The translations under genes were made by a program, and so were the position numbers. The notes beneath the pieces are model-generated. The model was given only the letters and a program-made list of their open reading frames with translations, did no database searches and was not told the DNA's origin. Source: an uncultured Pelagibacteraceae bacterium (GTDB lineage: Bacteria; Pseudomonadota; Alphaproteobacteria; Pelagibacterales; Pelagibacteraceae). From it: a DNA stretch of 59,017 nt. The stretch spans positions 1 through 59,017 of the forward strand of contig CACIVL010000001.1 of NCBI GenBank assembly GCA_902590125.1, in the 5' to 3' direction. This document shows positions 56,937-59,017 of the stretch, piece after piece; within the stretch, counting starts at the first letter, position 1, and each line of letters starts with the position of its first letter.

Positions 56937-58748
56937 TTAATTTTTTTCTTTCTTAAATACTATCATAATCACCCCAATAAGAATAATGGCACCACCGATA
57001 AATAATTCTTTAGTTGGTTCTTCTCCAAGGATAAAAATGGCTGCCAGTAATCCAGTAGGAGGTATACCCATAGTAACTATAGGCAGTACTTTGTATAAAG
57101 GATTATTTTTCAAAACATAATAGAAACAACCATACGATATTGGTTGCATAATAAATCCTAAAAAAATCACAATTATCCAACTATTTAGATTTGCTGTTTT
57201 AAAGTAGTTAATTGTATTTCCATCAAAAATAGCAGAAAAAGTTATTAATATTGGACCAGAAAATAAAGCTAACCAAGCAACAAGAGCTACTGGATTTATT
57301 TCTTTACTCAATGGTTTGACTAAAACTTGTCCTAAAGCCCAAATGCCTGCTCCCGTACACACTAAGGTCGCGCCAAAAAATTTACCATCTAAATTAGGTG
57401 TACCAGTTAAAATATAAATTCCAATAAATGCAACACTAATTCCTATTATACTTCTAATAGTTGGTTTTTCTTTAAGTATAAAATATGCAAATATTACTCC
57501 AAATGGCACTTCCAATTGAACAAGCAATACTGCTGCAGAAGCATCTATCATGCTTAAACCAGTGTATGTAATGGAATATTGTAATGTATTGGCTATTAAA
57601 GAGACTAAAAATATTTTTTTAAGTAAACCTCTTGGTATTGGAAACCACCAAATTAAAATTGATGCTGCAAACATAAACCTTAAACCCGTCAAAAGCATAG
57701 GAGGAAAATATTCCATTGCTGGTTTAGCAATTACATAACCAATTTCTTTTTTATCATCAAAAACAGGCCAGTGATCTGGCACAAAGTAACCAGGTGTATA
57801 TTCAGGCGGTACAACTTTGCTTATAGGATCACCAAGAATTTCTATACCAACCAATTTTCTTTTTATTCCTTCTTTCTTAATTTTTTTTAATGCTTCTTTA
57901 CCTACAAAATCAGCTTCCATTTCAAGATCAACAAGTCTGTCCATTCCGATCTCAAAAGGGTTATCAGTAACACGCATGTCTTGAAAATATGAAAAAATTC
58001 CAGCTTCAACTCTTCTTATTTGTGAAGGACCAGTTGGCGCAATTTTATGTTTTTCACCAGCAGCCATTATCATTTCATAAAGCTCAGCACCTTTTTTTCC
58101 ATCACGTAAATAAACTTCATAACCAATTTCACCACTCCAGCCAGTTCTAGAAATTACTACTGGAATACCTTTAATCTCCGTTTGTTTGCACCAGTAATAT
58201 TTTAAATCATTAATCCACGAACCAAACAACTCTGTCATTAATGCTCTTGATTTTGGTCCTTGTACCTGCAAAGGTGAAACATCTGGTTCTTTTAATTCGA
58301 TATCATATTTGCCTTTACCAGCTACTCCCATTGCCCAAAGTAAAAGGTCACTATCAGATATTGAGTACCACCAATGATCTTTGCCAATTCTTAACAAAAT
58401 AGGATCGCTAAGAATTCCACCTTCATAGTTTGTATTTAAAACATATTTACATTGATCAACTTGGCAATCAGATAAATTTCTTGGTGTTAATAGTTGGGTA
58501 AATTTAGTTGCATCTGGACCTGTAATTTCAACTTGTCTTTCAACTGATACATCCCATAAAGTTACATCATTAACTAAACTCCAAAAATCTTCTTCAGGCG
58601 TATTATAATAAACTGGAAAATACATATGATTGTATGTCGTATATTCCTTGCAGCCCCATTTTAAAGTTGATTCAAAGAAAGGTGATTTTCTAATTCTAGT
58701 TCCAAATCCAAGATAAGGTTTTGGTGGAGCGTTACTTCTTGTTGCCAT
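56937..58748 (-). CDS. In-frame chimera of a C-terminally truncated GcvT/DmdA-like aminomethyltransferase (aa 1-339) and an N-terminally truncated EamA transporter (aa ~337-603)
   Basis: LWDVSVERQVEITGPDA, QVQGPKS, SRTGWSGEIGYE, then an abrupt switch at EIGYV|IAKPAMEYFPPMLLTGLRF into a hydrophobic EamA sequence. Confidence 0.8.
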   Translation of the reverse strand: MATRSNAPPKPYLGFGTRIRKSPFFESTLKWGCKEYTTYNHMYFPVYYNTPEEDFWSLVNDVTLWDVSVERQVEITGPDATKFTQLLTPRNLSDCQVDQCKYVLNTNYEGGILSDPILLRIGKDHWWYSISDSDLLLWAMGVAGKGKYDIELKEPDVSPLQVQGPKSRALMTELFGSWINDLKYYWCKQTEIKGIPVVISRTGWSGEIGYEVYLRDGKKGAELYEMIMAAGEKHKIAPTGPSQIRRVEAGIFSYFQDMRVTDNPFEIGMDRLVDLEMEADFVGKEALKKIKKEGIKRKLVGIEILGDPISKVVPPEYTPGYFVPDHWPVFDDKKEIGYVIAKPAMEYFPPMLLTGLRFMFAASILIWWFPIPRGLLKKIFLVSLIANTLQYSITYTGLSMIDASAAVLLVQLEVPFGVIFAYFILKEKPTIRSIIGISVAFIGIYILTGTPNLDGKFFGATLVCTGAGIWALGQVLVKPLSKEINPVALVAWLALFSGPILITFSAIFDGNTINYFKTANLNSWIIVIFLGFIMQPISYGCFYYVLKNNPLYKVLPIVTMGIPPTGLLAAIFILGEEPTKELFIGGAIILIGVIMIVFKKEKN

Positions 58749-58806
58749 AAATTTTCCCTAAAAATCGGACGTTGCTTTATTTTTTTTTATCTGTCAATAA
58801 AAATAG

Positions 58807-59017
58807 TTATGATTTTAACAGCTTGTTTTCAGGATCATAGGCAGGTGAGTTTAAAATTTTTGCTTTTCTTTTTTGACCTTGGATTTCAATAAAAAATTCG
58901 TTACCATCTTTTGCCAAGCTTGATTTAACATAAGCAAATGTTAGACTTTTTTTTACCCTAAAACCATAAGCTCCAGAAGTAACAACTCCAACTATTTTAT
59001 TTTCATGGTAGACAGGT
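58807..59017 (-). CDS. 3' end of a GcvT C-terminal-domain protein (dimethylglycine/sarcosine dehydrogenase-like)
   Basis: Read by hand: PVYHENKIVGVVTSGAYGFRVKKSLTFAYV..YDPENKLLKS, TAA at 58807-58809. Confidence 0.75.
   Translation of the reverse strand, partial: PVYHENKIVGVVTSGAYGFRVKKSLTFAYVKSSLAKDGNEFFIEIQGQKRKAKILNSPAYDPENKLLKS

Noticed and set aside
56937-58748. Calling this gene dmdA or gcvT
   Set aside because: The N-terminal signature differs from DmdA as I recall it, no gcvH/gcvP is nearby, and the ORF is chimeric.
1-59017. tRNA, rRNA, integrase, transposase, prophage or defence genes
   Set aside because: None recognised; nearly all sequence is accounted for by metabolic or housekeeping CDSs. 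A tRNAscan/Infernal run would confirm.

Overview
AT-rich, very gene-dense bacterial chromosome segment with tiny intergenic gaps. Gene content and order point to a marine Pelagibacterales (SAR11-like) alphaproteobacterium; this is an inference, as no rRNA is present. Blocks: (1) 1-23.6 kb, methylated-amine and C1 catabolism: tdm, tmoX/tmoW/tmoV (interrupted by three exported or membrane hypotheticals), glpK-gpsA, tmm, Fe-ADH, a GATase, gshAB, fhs and a soxBDAG-type tetramer with MgdA-like motifs. (2) 24-37 kb, housekeeping: tyrS, anmK, iscR-sufBCDSUTA with a near-consensus IscR box, glnA. (3) 37-48 kb, a form II coxSLM molybdenum hydroxylase with coxG, split xdhC, mocA and moaABCDE. (4) 48-53 kb, PhyH dioxygenase, GYD protein and an aldehyde dehydrogenase/aldolase/FAH hydrolase/lactonase operon resembling non-phosphorylative sugar-acid catabolism. 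(5) 53-59 kb, ccdA, metF, TPR protein, 2OG-Fe(II) oxygenase, a BBOX/TmpA-like dioxygenase, an in-frame GcvT-like::EamA chimera and the 3' end of a dimethylglycine dehydrogenase-like gene. I saw no tRNA, rRNA, CRISPR array or mobile element. Best leads: the Mo-hydroxylase plus sugar-acid module, the GcvT::EamA junction, the TmpA-like dioxygenase without its partner, and two candidate cis-elements. All calls come from motif recognition by eye, not database searches.
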